Source of the DNA: Pseudomonadota bacterium
GTDB taxonomy: Bacteria; Pseudomonadota; Alphaproteobacteria; Rhizobiales; Xanthobacteraceae
DNA: 64,000 nt
NCBI GenBank assembly: GCA_963204905.1
Contig: CAUJJN010000203.1
Span: forward strand, 1,585 to 65,584
Direction of reading: 5' to 3'
Shown here: piece by piece, positions 1 through 8,378 of the stretch
Layout: each line of letters starts with the position of its first letter
How positions within the stretch are numbered: the first letter of the stretch is position 1
The notes under the pieces: generated by a model
Databases searched by the model: none
The model's input: the letters and a program-made list of their open reading frames with translations, nothing else
Told to the model about the DNA's origin: nothing
Made by a program: the position numbers and the translations under genes

Positions 1-2123
1 CTCCACTGATCGGCGAGATGGAGCAGGCGGTCCATCTTCTTATGGCCCATGAACCCCTGCGTACCGGCGAACACGGTGTAGTCGTATGACAGCACCATGC
101 ATCGCGCGCCCGTTTCACCGAACTGGCTGGCATTTACGGTTCCAATGCCGGCCACCAACCCATCGGCCGGACTGATCGCGATCAGTTCCTCAGTCGAACG
201 ACGACGACGCTGGGCCGCAACCGCCAGCGCGCCATATTCCACGAAGCTGTCCGGATCACAGAGATGCGTAATGTTCTCACGTGCAGTACGCTGTCCAGTG
301 CGGCGACGCCGCGCGACGGCGTCAGGACGACGTTCATCCAGCAGATTGTGATGACGTTCGAGCACCTCGAACAGATCAGGGCGAATGGCGGTAGCATCCT
401 CCTTCGCGATGACCCCTTCGGAACGGCCCTCCTGGTCGCCCGGTTCGATGAACAGAAGCGGCGCATTGGCAAGAACGGTCTGATCAGTTGCGGCGGTAAG
501 GGCCCGCACGGTTCCGGCCATCCCGGCGTGAACCACCTGCTCCATTTTCATGGCCTCGACGATGGCGACGACGCTCTCGGCGCCCACCCGGTCACCGACG
601 GCAACATCGTAAGACACCAGGCGGCCGGTCAGGGGGGAGTTCACCGCAATCGTATCGTCCGGCTGGTCAAGGGTCGCGGCGATTGTCTTTCCGGAAGCGG
701 CCGCCCCTCCGACGTAGCGCTTCGGATGATCCTTCACCGCCAGAATCTCTGCCGCGTTCCTTTCGATGAATCCCGTATCGAACACGTTCGCTCTGATCCG
801 ATCGTCCCGAAGCAGGCTTTGCAGGAACTCAAGGTTCGTCTCGACGCCTTCGATGCGAAATTCGCACAGCGCGCGATACGCGCGGTCGAGCGCCGCTTCC
901 AGATCGTCCGACGGTGAATGCACAATCAGCTTGGCCAGCAGCGAGTCATACCGCGAACTCGTGAGATAACCGGCATATCCGGATGTCTCGATTCGAATGC
1001 CTTTTCCGCCAGGCGCTTCGAACGCCGAGAGGACGCCACCCGTCGGCGACGCGCCGCCGTCGGGGCCGACCTTTTCCATGTTGATGCGCAACTCGATGGC
1101 GATGCCTTCCGGCTTCCCGATCGCCGACTGGGTCAATCCCAGCGACGCCAGCGTGCGTCCCGCCGCAAGCTCGATCTGTGTTTTCACCAGATCGACCCCG
1201 AGCACATCCTCGGTCACCGTATGCTCGACCTGAATCCGGGGATTCGCCTCCATGAAGACGAAGCGGGAATCGTCGCCCAGCAGAAACTCGAATGTGCACA
1301 CGGTATGAACAGCTGCGGCGCGAGCCAACTTCAACGCCGTTTCCGCCATTTCCGCGCGAACGCCATCGTCAAGGCCGGGGAATGGCGCGATCTCGACGAC
1401 CTTCTGGAAGCGCCGTTGCAGACTGCATTCACGCTCGAACAGATGCACGACATCGCCGCCACGGTCGGCAATAACCTGGATTTCGACATGCCGCGCGGGA
1501 GAGATCAGTTCCTCGACATAAAGCTCATCCGTGCCAAACGCGGCCTTGGCCTCCGACGCCGCGCGACCATAAGCATCGGCCAATTGATCCGCGGTCTGCA
1601 CAACACGCATTCCACGCCCGCCTCCGCCAGCCAGCGCTTTGATCATCAAGCCGCGCCCGGCCCCAAGCGACGCCAGAAAGGCCCCGGCTTCGTCAAGGGT
1701 CGTCGCTCGCGTAGTGCCCCGCGCAAGCGGTACGCCAGTCCTTCGCGCCAGATCACGCGCGGCGGCCTTGTCACCGAACAGCGTCAATGCTTCCGGAGTC
1801 GGGCCGATAAAGACAATGCCGGCCTCGGCGCACGCTCTCGCGAACCCGGCGTTCTCCGAGAGAAACCCGTACCCCGGATGGATCGCATCGGAATCCGTCT
1901 CAACGGCAGCGCGTATGACCTGCTGGATGTCGAGGTATGCGGCAGCGCCCTGACCGTCGATGCGCCATGCCACGTCGGCCCGCTTCACATGAAGAGACGC
2001 GGCATCGTCATCCGGATAGATCGCGACGGTTTCGATCCCCAGATCGGCGGCGGCGCGCGCGACCCGGATCGCGATTTCGCCACGGTTGGCGATGAGCATT
2101 CTCTTGAATGGCGATATCGTCAT
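1..2123 (-). CDS. Single-chain multidomain acyl-CoA carboxylase (biotin carboxylase - biotinyl carrier - carboxyltransferase); C-terminus lies beyond the window start
   Basis: Not in the ORF track because it runs off the edge. My translation of the minus strand from ATG 2123-2121 is stop-free to base 1 (~707 codons). N-terminus MTISPFKRMLIANRGEIAIRVARAA.. plus ..ALAGGGGRGMRVV.. indicate an ATP-grasp biotin carboxylase. Biotinylation motif EAMKME (AMKM encoded at ~544-555). This is followed by carboxyltransferase-like ..ARCMVLSYDYTVFAGTQGFMGHKKMDRLLHLA.. Confidence 0.85.
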   Translation of the reverse strand, partial: MTISPFKRMLIANRGEIAIRVARAAADLGIETVAIYPDDDAASLHVKRADVAWRIDGQGAAAYLDIQQVIRAAVETDSDAIHPGYGFLSENAGFARACAEAGIVFIGPTPEALTLFGDKAAARDLARRTGVPLARGTTRATTLDEAGAFLASLGAGRGLMIKALAGGGGRGMRVVQTADQLADAYGRAASEAKAAFGTDELYVEELISPARHVEIQVIADRGGDVVHLFERECSLQRRFQKVVEIAPFPGLDDGVRAEMAETALKLARAAAVHTVCTFEFLLGDDSRFVFMEANPRIQVEHTVTEDVLGVDLVKTQIELAAGRTLASLGLTQSAIGKPEGIAIELRINMEKVGPDGGASPTGGVLSAFEAPGGKGIRIETSGYAGYLTSSRYDSLLAKLIVHSPSDDLEAALDRAYRALCEFRIEGVETNLEFLQSLLRDDRIRANVFDTGFIERNAAEILAVKDHPKRYVGGAAASGKTIAATLDQPDDTIAVNSPLTGRLVSYDVAVGDRVGAESVVAIVEAMKMEQVVHAGMAGTVRALTAATDQTVLANAPLLFIEPGDQEGRSEGVIAKEDATAIRPDLFEVLERHHNLLDERRPDAVARRRRTGQRTARENITHLCDPDSFVEYGALAVAAQRRRRSTEELIAISPADGLVAGIGTVNASQFGETGARCMVLSYDYTVFAGTQGFMGHKKMDRLLHLADQW

Positions 2124-2239
2124 AGGTCTCTTTCCAATTCGTCAAATCAGGACGCGCCGCAGCCGTGACGGCTGACGCGCACCGCTTTCCGCCGGGTGAA
2201 GCAAGGCGACATGGCGCGTTCGATCGACGGAGAAGTTAT

Positions 2240-3868
2240 TCAGGTGCTCAGCCGATCGCGCGAAATTCGAATACCCGCGGTCTCGCGATCCCACGTCTCC
2301 TCCGTGACCCCATCGGACCTGAGCACATGCTTTTCGATCTTCGCGGTCGGGGTTTTGGGCAATGCCTGCATGTGCCGGATGTATCGCGGAACCATGAAGT
2401 GCGGCATCCTGTGCGACAGGAAGCCGATCAATTCCTCGTCGGACAATTGAACGCCCGGCTTCGCGACGACGGCGGCAAGAACGTCTTCCTCGCCGTATTC
2501 GCTTGGTACACCGACCACCGCGGCTTCGAGGATTCCGGGGTGGGCCAGAATCTCCGCCTCCACCTCGAAGGAAGAGATATTCTCTCCGCGCCTGCGGATG
2601 GCGTCCTTCATGCGATCGACGAAGAAATAGTTTCCGTTGCCGTCGACCCGGAATGCATCCCCGGTATGAAACCAGCCGTTTCGCCACGACGCGGCGGTCG
2701 CTTCGGAATTCTTGTGATATCCGTGCGACATCGTCCACGGCGCATCGGAACGCAGGATCAATTCTCCAACCTCCCCGACCACGACTTCGCAATCGTTCCG
2801 GTCGACGATCCGTGCTTCGACTCCCGCTCTCAGCCGGCCGCATGAGCCGCGGCTGGAAGGGTTGTCGTCCGAGCGGATCGGGCACGAGACCTCGCTCATG
2901 TTGAAGACGGTGAAGACAGTGAACCCGAAACGTTCCGCGATGGCCGGCGCATCCTCGTTGAGCGGCAGCACCATGACACGGCGCAGCGCATGATCGCGAT
3001 CGCGATGCGACGGCGGCTGACGCACCAGAAACGTCGCCATCGACGCCAAAAGAACGCAGGCGGTGGCGCCGAGAGCGCGACATCGATCCAGGAACGTATC
3101 GGTCGCGAACGACGCGAGCACGGCGATCGATCCGGCTCGCGACAGTGCGCCATAGACAAACAACGTGCCCCCCACATGGAAGAGTGGCAGATTGATCATC
3201 CAGCGATCCCGGGCATCCGTACCGGCGGTGCACTCCAGGCCCATCGTGAAAAGATGGAGATAACTGGATAAAACGCCTTTCGAAGGTCCGGTCGTGCCCG
3301 ACGTGTAGCAGATCGCCTGGACGTCCCACGGCATCAAACCCTCGACGGGCAAATCCGCGTCGGCGGAGCCCTCCAGATGCTCCCATCCGCGCATCTGGAC
3401 GCCGAGCGGCTCGAACCTGCCGGCGCACTCAAGCAACGACAGATCGGTGAAAACCACTCTCAGACGCCCGATGCTTTCGAGCTCCAACAAGCGCCCGGCC
3501 AATTCGGGATGGCACAGCAACGCTTCGGCGTCGGAGTTCTCGATCACGTGCGCCAGCAATGCACCTCGATACGCAGTGTTGATGCCGACGAAGACCGCGC
3601 CGACGGTATTGATCCCAAACCAGGCCCCGAGCGCCATCGGCCCGTTCGGCATCCAGACCAGAACCTTGTCGCCGCGTTTGACGCCCGCCCGACGCAACCC
3701 GGAGCCGATCTTGCTCGCGATGTGGAATGCGTCAGCATTGGTCCATTTCTTGCCGTCCTCGAAGACGGCGCAGATGCTATCGGGTTCAACATCAGCCCGG
3801 CGTGCGAGGATATAGGGCAGGACGCACGCCTGCGCGTCTGGGATCCGCTTGTCGAAGCCTGACATCAT
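2240..3868 (-). CDS. AMP-forming acyl-CoA synthetase/ligase
   Basis: 542-aa ORF. AMP-binding motif YTSGTTGPSKGV; ..WFHTGDAFRVDGNGNYFFVDRMKDAIRRRGENIS..; C-terminal ..PKTPTAKIEKHVLR. Starts 8 nt after the stop of the upstream binding-protein gene. Confidence 0.9.
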   Translation of the reverse strand: MMSGFDKRIPDAQACVLPYILARRADVEPDSICAVFEDGKKWTNADAFHIASKIGSGLRRAGVKRGDKVLVWMPNGPMALGAWFGINTVGAVFVGINTAYRGALLAHVIENSDAEALLCHPELAGRLLELESIGRLRVVFTDLSLLECAGRFEPLGVQMRGWEHLEGSADADLPVEGLMPWDVQAICYTSGTTGPSKGVLSSYLHLFTMGLECTAGTDARDRWMINLPLFHVGGTLFVYGALSRAGSIAVLASFATDTFLDRCRALGATACVLLASMATFLVRQPPSHRDRDHALRRVMVLPLNEDAPAIAERFGFTVFTVFNMSEVSCPIRSDDNPSSRGSCGRLRAGVEARIVDRNDCEVVVGEVGELILRSDAPWTMSHGYHKNSEATAASWRNGWFHTGDAFRVDGNGNYFFVDRMKDAIRRRGENISSFEVEAEILAHPGILEAAVVGVPSEYGEEDVLAAVVAKPGVQLSDEELIGFLSHRMPHFMVPRYIRHMQALPKTPTAKIEKHVLRSDGVTEETWDRETAGIRISRDRLST

Positions 3869-3876
3869 CCATCAAC

Positions 3877-5085
3877 TCATTTGTTGATCAACGGACACTT
3901 CGAGGCGGCGATCGAACCGAAGGCCGTCGCGCCCGGCACGGTCGAGACGATCTGATAATAATCCCATGGCTTTTTGGATTCGGCCGGCGACTTGACGCGC
4001 GCGAGAAAGACGTCATGAACCAGCAAACCATCCTGCCGGATCGACCCGCCGCGCGCGAAAAAATCGTTAATCGGCTTGTCCTTCATTGCGGCGATAACCG
4101 CGCGGCCATCGTTCCAGCCAACCGACTTGGCGGCCTGAAGATAAGCCAGCGTCGCCGAATAGTCCGCCTGCTGATAGAACGTCGGCATCCGCTTGCTGTC
4201 CTTGTAATAGCGTTCCGCGAACGCGCGGGACTTCTCATCCTGATCCCAGTATGACGCTGTCGTGAGGACCGTGTTCTGCGCGCGGTCCAGGCCCATGGCA
4301 TTCACGTCGGTCAGGAAAATCAGCAGAGCCGCCAGATCCTGACCGCCCTTCTGAAGGCCGAATTCCCCAGCCTGCGCGATCGCGTTGGACATATCCGTGC
4401 TCGCGTTTGCGAGCCCGACAACCTGCGCTTTCGACGCCTGCGCCTGTAGCAGGAACGAAGAAAAATCACTGGTGTTCAGGGGGTGCTTCACCGACCCGAC
4501 GACTTTTCCGCTATTTTGCTCGATGAATTTCGTCGCCTCGGCCAACATCGAATGCCCGAAGGCGTAGTCCGCGACGAGGAAGAACCAGGTCTTCTTGCCC
4601 TGATCGATCAGCGCCTTGACCGTCCCATTGACCAGCGCATGCGAGTTGAGCCCGTAGTGAACATGGTTCGGCGAGCACGCATCGTTGGTCAGACGATCCG
4701 AGATCGCGCCGGTAATCAAGGCGGCCTTGTTGTAACTCTTGGCGATTTCCACCACGGCCAGGGCCGTCGCCGAGCCAGCCGCGTTCACCACGACATCGAC
4801 GCCTTCGCTATCGAACCAGCGGCGCACCAGCGTGCTCGCAATGTCGGGCTTGTTCTGGTGATCGCCCTGGATAATCTCGATCTTCTTGCCGTTGAGGCTG
4901 CCGCCAAAATCATGCACCGCAAGTTCCACAGCCTTGACGGAGCCCGGCCCGGTCATATCCGAGTAGATGCCGCTCATATCGGCAAGAACGCCGATGCGCA
5001 AAACATCCTGGGCAGCTTCGGATGGTCCGGCGAATAGAAACATCGATGAAATGGTCGCGTAGATGACTTGTCTGATCATGCGCAT
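3877..5085 (-). CDS. LIV/HAAT-family ABC transporter periplasmic substrate-binding protein (orphan: no adjacent permease or ATPase)
   Basis: 402 aa. Signal peptide MRMIRQVIYATISSMFLFAGPSEAAQD. Type-I periplasmic binding protein pattern (..RIGVLADMSG..WFFLVADYAFGHS..). Strong SD GGAGGAAACC immediately before ATG 5085. Confidence 0.9.
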   Translation of the reverse strand: MRMIRQVIYATISSMFLFAGPSEAAQDVLRIGVLADMSGIYSDMTGPGSVKAVELAVHDFGGSLNGKKIEIIQGDHQNKPDIASTLVRRWFDSEGVDVVVNAAGSATALAVVEIAKSYNKAALITGAISDRLTNDACSPNHVHYGLNSHALVNGTVKALIDQGKKTWFFLVADYAFGHSMLAEATKFIEQNSGKVVGSVKHPLNTSDFSSFLLQAQASKAQVVGLANASTDMSNAIAQAGEFGLQKGGQDLAALLIFLTDVNAMGLDRAQNTVLTTASYWDQDEKSRAFAERYYKDSKRMPTFYQQADYSATLAYLQAAKSVGWNDGRAVIAAMKDKPINDFFARGGSIRQDGLLVHDVFLARVKSPAESKKPWDYYQIVSTVPGATAFGSIAASKCPLINK

Positions 5086-5130
5086 GGTTTCCTCCGATTT
5101 TCCGAAACCTGCCGGAGGAAATCGGCGATG

Positions 5131-5164
5131 TCAAGAAAAATGAAATTACTTTCATTTTTCTTGA
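5131..5164. promoter_or_regulatory. Perfect 15+15 bp AT-rich palindrome; candidate TetR operator
   Basis: TCAAGAAAAATGAAA-TTAC-TTTCATTTTTCTTGA. It lies 46 bp upstream of the binding-protein ATG (5085) and downstream of the TetR gene stop (5308). Confidence 0.5.
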
Positions 5165-5307
5165 CCGACGCCACGCGGCCGGTCTCGCGCCAGGGAACTG
5201 GCTGCGAACAGGCGCCGGATAGTCAAACCAAATGCTTGATATTGTTCAGGAGGGAGGCTTCAGCGCTCGCTGAGCGAAGGCTTACGTTCCCGGGATTGCG
5301 ATGTGCC

Positions 5308-5952
5308 TCAGGCTCCGGACACGGCGAGAGTCCGTCGCAGGATGTCGTTGTAGGTCGCGACGATCCGCGGATCGATCTCACCGTTGGATGAAACGTAGGA
5401 TTGCAGTCGCAATCCGTAAAACGAGCGTTGAGCCATCAGCATCAAGGCTACCGCCTCGATCTCGTAATCCTTCAACTTGCGAATCTCACCCGTAGCCGCC
5501 GAGCGCTTGAGGATCCGCCGATAGCCCCCCGTTATGGATTCGAAGTAAGCTTCAAAGGCATCGGGACTGAAGATTTCGGCTTCGTTCAACACCCTTACAA
5601 AAAAGGGATGCAGGTGCAAAAACTTGAACCAGGCCCGGAAAGCAGCCTCTTCGCGTTCAAAAAAACCGGCCTTCCCTGGTACCGACGCCTTGATCCAGCG
5701 CCGAAGTCGAATGCCGTAGCTGTCCATCAATTCCGCGAAAAGAGCATCCGTACTCTCGAAGTAATTATAAAATGTTCCGAGCGCGATATCGGAACGCTCA
5801 GTGATGCGGGTGATCGTTGCGGCCCCGAAACCCTGCTCGGCGATGATTCGCGCAGTAACCTCCATCAAGGTTTCGCGTGTCTGCTCACGCTTCTGTTCTC
5901 GCCGGGAGGGCGCATGTTTCGGCGACCGCAGTTGAACTGCTTTCCTGCTCAT
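5308..5952 (-). CDS. TetR/AcrR-family transcriptional regulator
   Basis: HTH region ..RETLMEVTARIIAEQGFGAATITRITERSDIALGTFYNYF... The ORF track extends to 6018. I prefer ATG 5952 (MSRKAVQL..) because the extra 22 aa look non-homologous, but the start is uncertain. Confidence 0.8.
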   Translation of the reverse strand: MSRKAVQLRSPKHAPSRREQKREQTRETLMEVTARIIAEQGFGAATITRITERSDIALGTFYNYFESTDALFAELMDSYGIRLRRWIKASVPGKAGFFEREEAAFRAWFKFLHLHPFFVRVLNEAEIFSPDAFEAYFESITGGYRRILKRSAATGEIRKLKDYEIEAVALMLMAQRSFYGLRLQSYVSSNGEIDPRIVATYNDILRRTLAVSGA

Positions 5953-6395
5953 ATCTTTTAACTTTGATTGGCGACAAATCGTACGTCGTGTTGTAGCGTC
6001 ATCATCGCGAAATTGCACTCTCTTGGAATAGCTACCCCGCTCACGCCAGCGGAAGCTCGACGGTTTCCGGATAGGCTGGCGACTTCAGTTCCGAGAGACT
6101 GAATCATCTGACATAGCCCGACGCCAAGGAACAGTAGCGTCAGCACGACGAGAAGGCGAGGAAGCCAAGCGGCGCTTCGCTCAGGATGAGGGCGCTGACC
6201 GCGTTCACCCGATAGATGCTATCGTAAACGCGGTCCTGCACCAGGTGCCCGACGGTAGGCAGTGCCGAGCAGATGGACATCGTCGTCGGTGCCGACGAAT
6301 TCCGTGTGATGGCCGCCCGCTCGCACCCGACTGCGTCCGCCACCACCCAGAATAAACTGCGAACTTTTGAACAGAACGATGTGGCGACCGGTTGC

Positions 6396-7199
6396 TCAGT
6401 TCAGCCCGAGGCGCCGCATGGCCTCCAGGGTTCGGGAGCAAAACTCCTCGGGCTGCTCGGTCTGGGGAAAGTGTCCCACGCCTTCAAACAGAAGGAAGTC
6501 TGTCGGAGCCTTCATTAGTGCAATCGCCTGACGTGCGGGTTCTGGAGGAACGGACCAGTCCTCGTCGCATTCGACCACGACCACCGGGCACACGATGTTG
6601 GGCAAGTCGTCGACCAGCCGGTAGGCTGCGAAATTCTCGAGATCGCCGAACGCCACTTCAGGAATACAACGGCGCGCTTCCGCGACGATCTCGGCACCTC
6701 TGGCCGGGTTGGTCCGCTTGCCGAGAAGCGTCCCGAAATTTACCGAGAACCAGTCGTTCGGATTTACGCGCGCAAGGTCCTTCACCACGCTGCTGTGGTA
6801 TCCCGTGGTCTGCGCGGCGTTGTATGTGGTGCCGTCGACAAGCACCAAGCCGCCGACAAAATCGGGGGCCTGGGACGCCGCCGAGGTTGCAACCCCGCCA
6901 CCCATCGAGTGCCCCATGATGATGGGATGCGAGAGCCCCAACGTCTTACCGATTTCGATCACGTGACGCGCATTGTGTGCCGTGCTGTCAAGAACGCCGC
7001 GCGAGCCATGGAGACTTGATTTCCCGTGGCCAGGCAGGTCGACCGCAATGACGTCGTAGTGTTGCGCGAAAAACGGAATCGCGTATCGCCATGACAGGGT
7101 ATCCTGCGATGCACCGTGCACCATGATCAGCGCGCGCCGCCCCGGCTCGCCCGCACGCTCATAGTAGGTCTGTATACCGTCAATGGAAACATAGGGCAT
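6396..7199 (-). CDS. Alpha/beta-fold hydrolase
   Basis: The ORF-track ORF 6396..7418 overlaps the upstream gene. The homologous part begins MPYVSIDGIQTYYERAGEPGRRALIMVHGAS.. at ATG 7199, 4 nt after the SCP2 gene stop. Nucleophile elbow GHSMGG. Confidence 0.85.
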   Translation of the reverse strand: MPYVSIDGIQTYYERAGEPGRRALIMVHGASQDTLSWRYAIPFFAQHYDVIAVDLPGHGKSSLHGSRGVLDSTAHNARHVIEIGKTLGLSHPIIMGHSMGGGVATSAASQAPDFVGGLVLVDGTTYNAAQTTGYHSSVVKDLARVNPNDWFSVNFGTLLGKRTNPARGAEIVAEARRCIPEVAFGDLENFAAYRLVDDLPNIVCPVVVVECDEDWSVPPEPARQAIALMKAPTDFLLFEGVGHFPQTEQPEEFCSRTLEAMRRLGLN

Positions 7200-7203
7200 G
7201 GGA

Positions 7204-7578
7204 TCAACGCGCCTTTCGAACGGTATTAAAAATTTCAAAAACGAGTAGCCAGTTCTGCACGCAATGGCGCGCATCGCCTGCGATGACCATCTTTCCCTGG
7301 CGGACCAGCCGGTTGATGGGCATTCCCTCCGCCAGTTCGCGCCACGCGGCGCTGTCGGCTTCAAAGATAAAGCGCGCATCGGCGTTACCGCTGCCGCCAA
7401 GCACGGAATCTTCGTCAATTCGGATCCACCCGGTTTCGGTCGTGTCCGTGTCCTTCAGACCGAACGTGAGATGAGCCATCCTCGCATGCGGGACGATGGC
7501 CGAATTCGACGGAGCCCCCGTCAGAATATTTGACAGCAAACCCGAAAGGGGGCCGTTGGCCGCGTTTATGCTCGACAT
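7204..7578 (-). CDS. SCP2 (sterol-carrier-protein-2-like) domain protein
   Basis: 124 aa. ..ARFIFEADSAAWRELAEGMPINRLVRQGKMVIAGDARHCVQNWLLVF.. resembles SCP2 domains (recognised by eye). AAGGA lies 10 nt before the ATG. 5 nt gap to the upstream gene. Confidence 0.7.
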   Translation of the reverse strand: MSSINAANGPLSGLLSNILTGAPSNSAIVPHARMAHLTFGLKDTDTTETGWIRIDEDSVLGGSGNADARFIFEADSAAWRELAEGMPINRLVRQGKMVIAGDARHCVQNWLLVFEIFNTVRKAR

Positions 7579-7583
7579 GAACG

Positions 7584-8378
7584 CTATTCCTTTCGCTCGC
7601 CGTAGCTCACCGCCAATCCTTCCTGCGGATCGACCGACGATCCGTAAGGAAAGATCGGGTAACGCAGCCCGGCTTTCCGCAGTGCCTTCAATCCTTCAAT
7701 GCCACGCTTCAGGTCGGCGGGAGGCAGCGCCATCAGCATCTCGTGATCCTGCACGCCGCCGAACCGCCGCTCCGCGTAGCAGGGAATGGACAGGCTCGGC
7801 TCACGCGTCTTCAAGGCAAGTCCCCAGGAGTCCGCGCAGGCGCTTTCGCCGGTGACGCTGAAATCGAACCGCTTGTAATTGCCGTGCTGCAGGCCGTTGA
7901 TGAACAGGATCATCTGGCCGGGCGAGCCATAGAACAGAACGACGTCCGGCGGATCGAGGCGCGCGCTTCGCAGCGGAGACACGACCAGTCCCTGATAACG
8001 GCCTGGCGCGATCCGCGGCATCTGCTCCTGATGCGCCTTGGCCTGTTCGCGATCCTTGAACCAGACGCCGCCCATTTTCTCGCCGCTGAGATATTCGGGG
8101 CCGACGGGGTTGAGGCCCGGGACGGCGCCGCAATTACCCCGTGGCAACAGATTGTCGGCGACGATGCCCAGCGTGAAGCCAGCGATGCGGGATTGCGTGA
8201 CCAACTGACAGGTTCCGAAGCGCTTGCCGGCGCTGGGTTTTCGCAAGCCGGGAATGGCGTTCATCTCGTCGAGGTCTTCGAACAGTTTCATGCCGACCGG
8301 CAGCGTCTGAATCCGCAACAGATCGTTGAGGTCCTCGCCGAGAGCCTTGACGTCCTGAGCCGACAGTTCTTCACTCAT
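7584..8378 (-). CDS. DUF169 (COG2043)-like protein of unknown function
   Basis: The homologous part starts MSEELSAQDV.. at ATG 8378, overlapping the ligase stop (ATGA at 8375-8378). ..LPVGMKLFEDL..FGTCQLVTQSRIAGFTLG..GNCGAVPGL.. matches my memory of DUF169. Needs an HMM check. Confidence 0.65.
   Translation of the reverse strand: MSEELSAQDVKALGEDLNDLLRIQTLPVGMKLFEDLDEMNAIPGLRKPSAGKRFGTCQLVTQSRIAGFTLGIVADNLLPRGNCGAVPGLNPVGPEYLSGEKMGGVWFKDREQAKAHQEQMPRIAPGRYQGLVVSPLRSARLDPPDVVLFYGSPGQMILFINGLQHGNYKRFDFSVTGESACADSWGLALKTREPSLSIPCYAERRFGGVQDHEMLMALPPADLKRGIEGLKALRKAGLRYPIFPYGSSVDPQEGLAVSYGERKE

Noticed and set aside
918-2168. A 416-aa plus-strand ORF (and 264..917 +) covering the first 2 kb.
   Set aside because: It is Arg/Ala/Gly-rich with no recognisable motif. 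It lies exactly antisense to an uninterrupted minus-strand ORF with clear biotin carboxylase/BCCP/carboxyltransferase motifs. This is a typical shadow ORF of GC-rich DNA.
5953-6395. Hydrophobic ORF fragments in three minus-strand frames (5958..6146, 6140..6346, 6205..6441). They might be a decayed membrane-transporter gene (for example ..ILSEAPLGFLAFSS / VLTLLFLGVGLCQ..).
   Set aside because: I could not align them convincingly to any family (EamA/DMT was considered, but the spacing of conserved residues does not fit). Left as an unassigned ~440-bp spacer.
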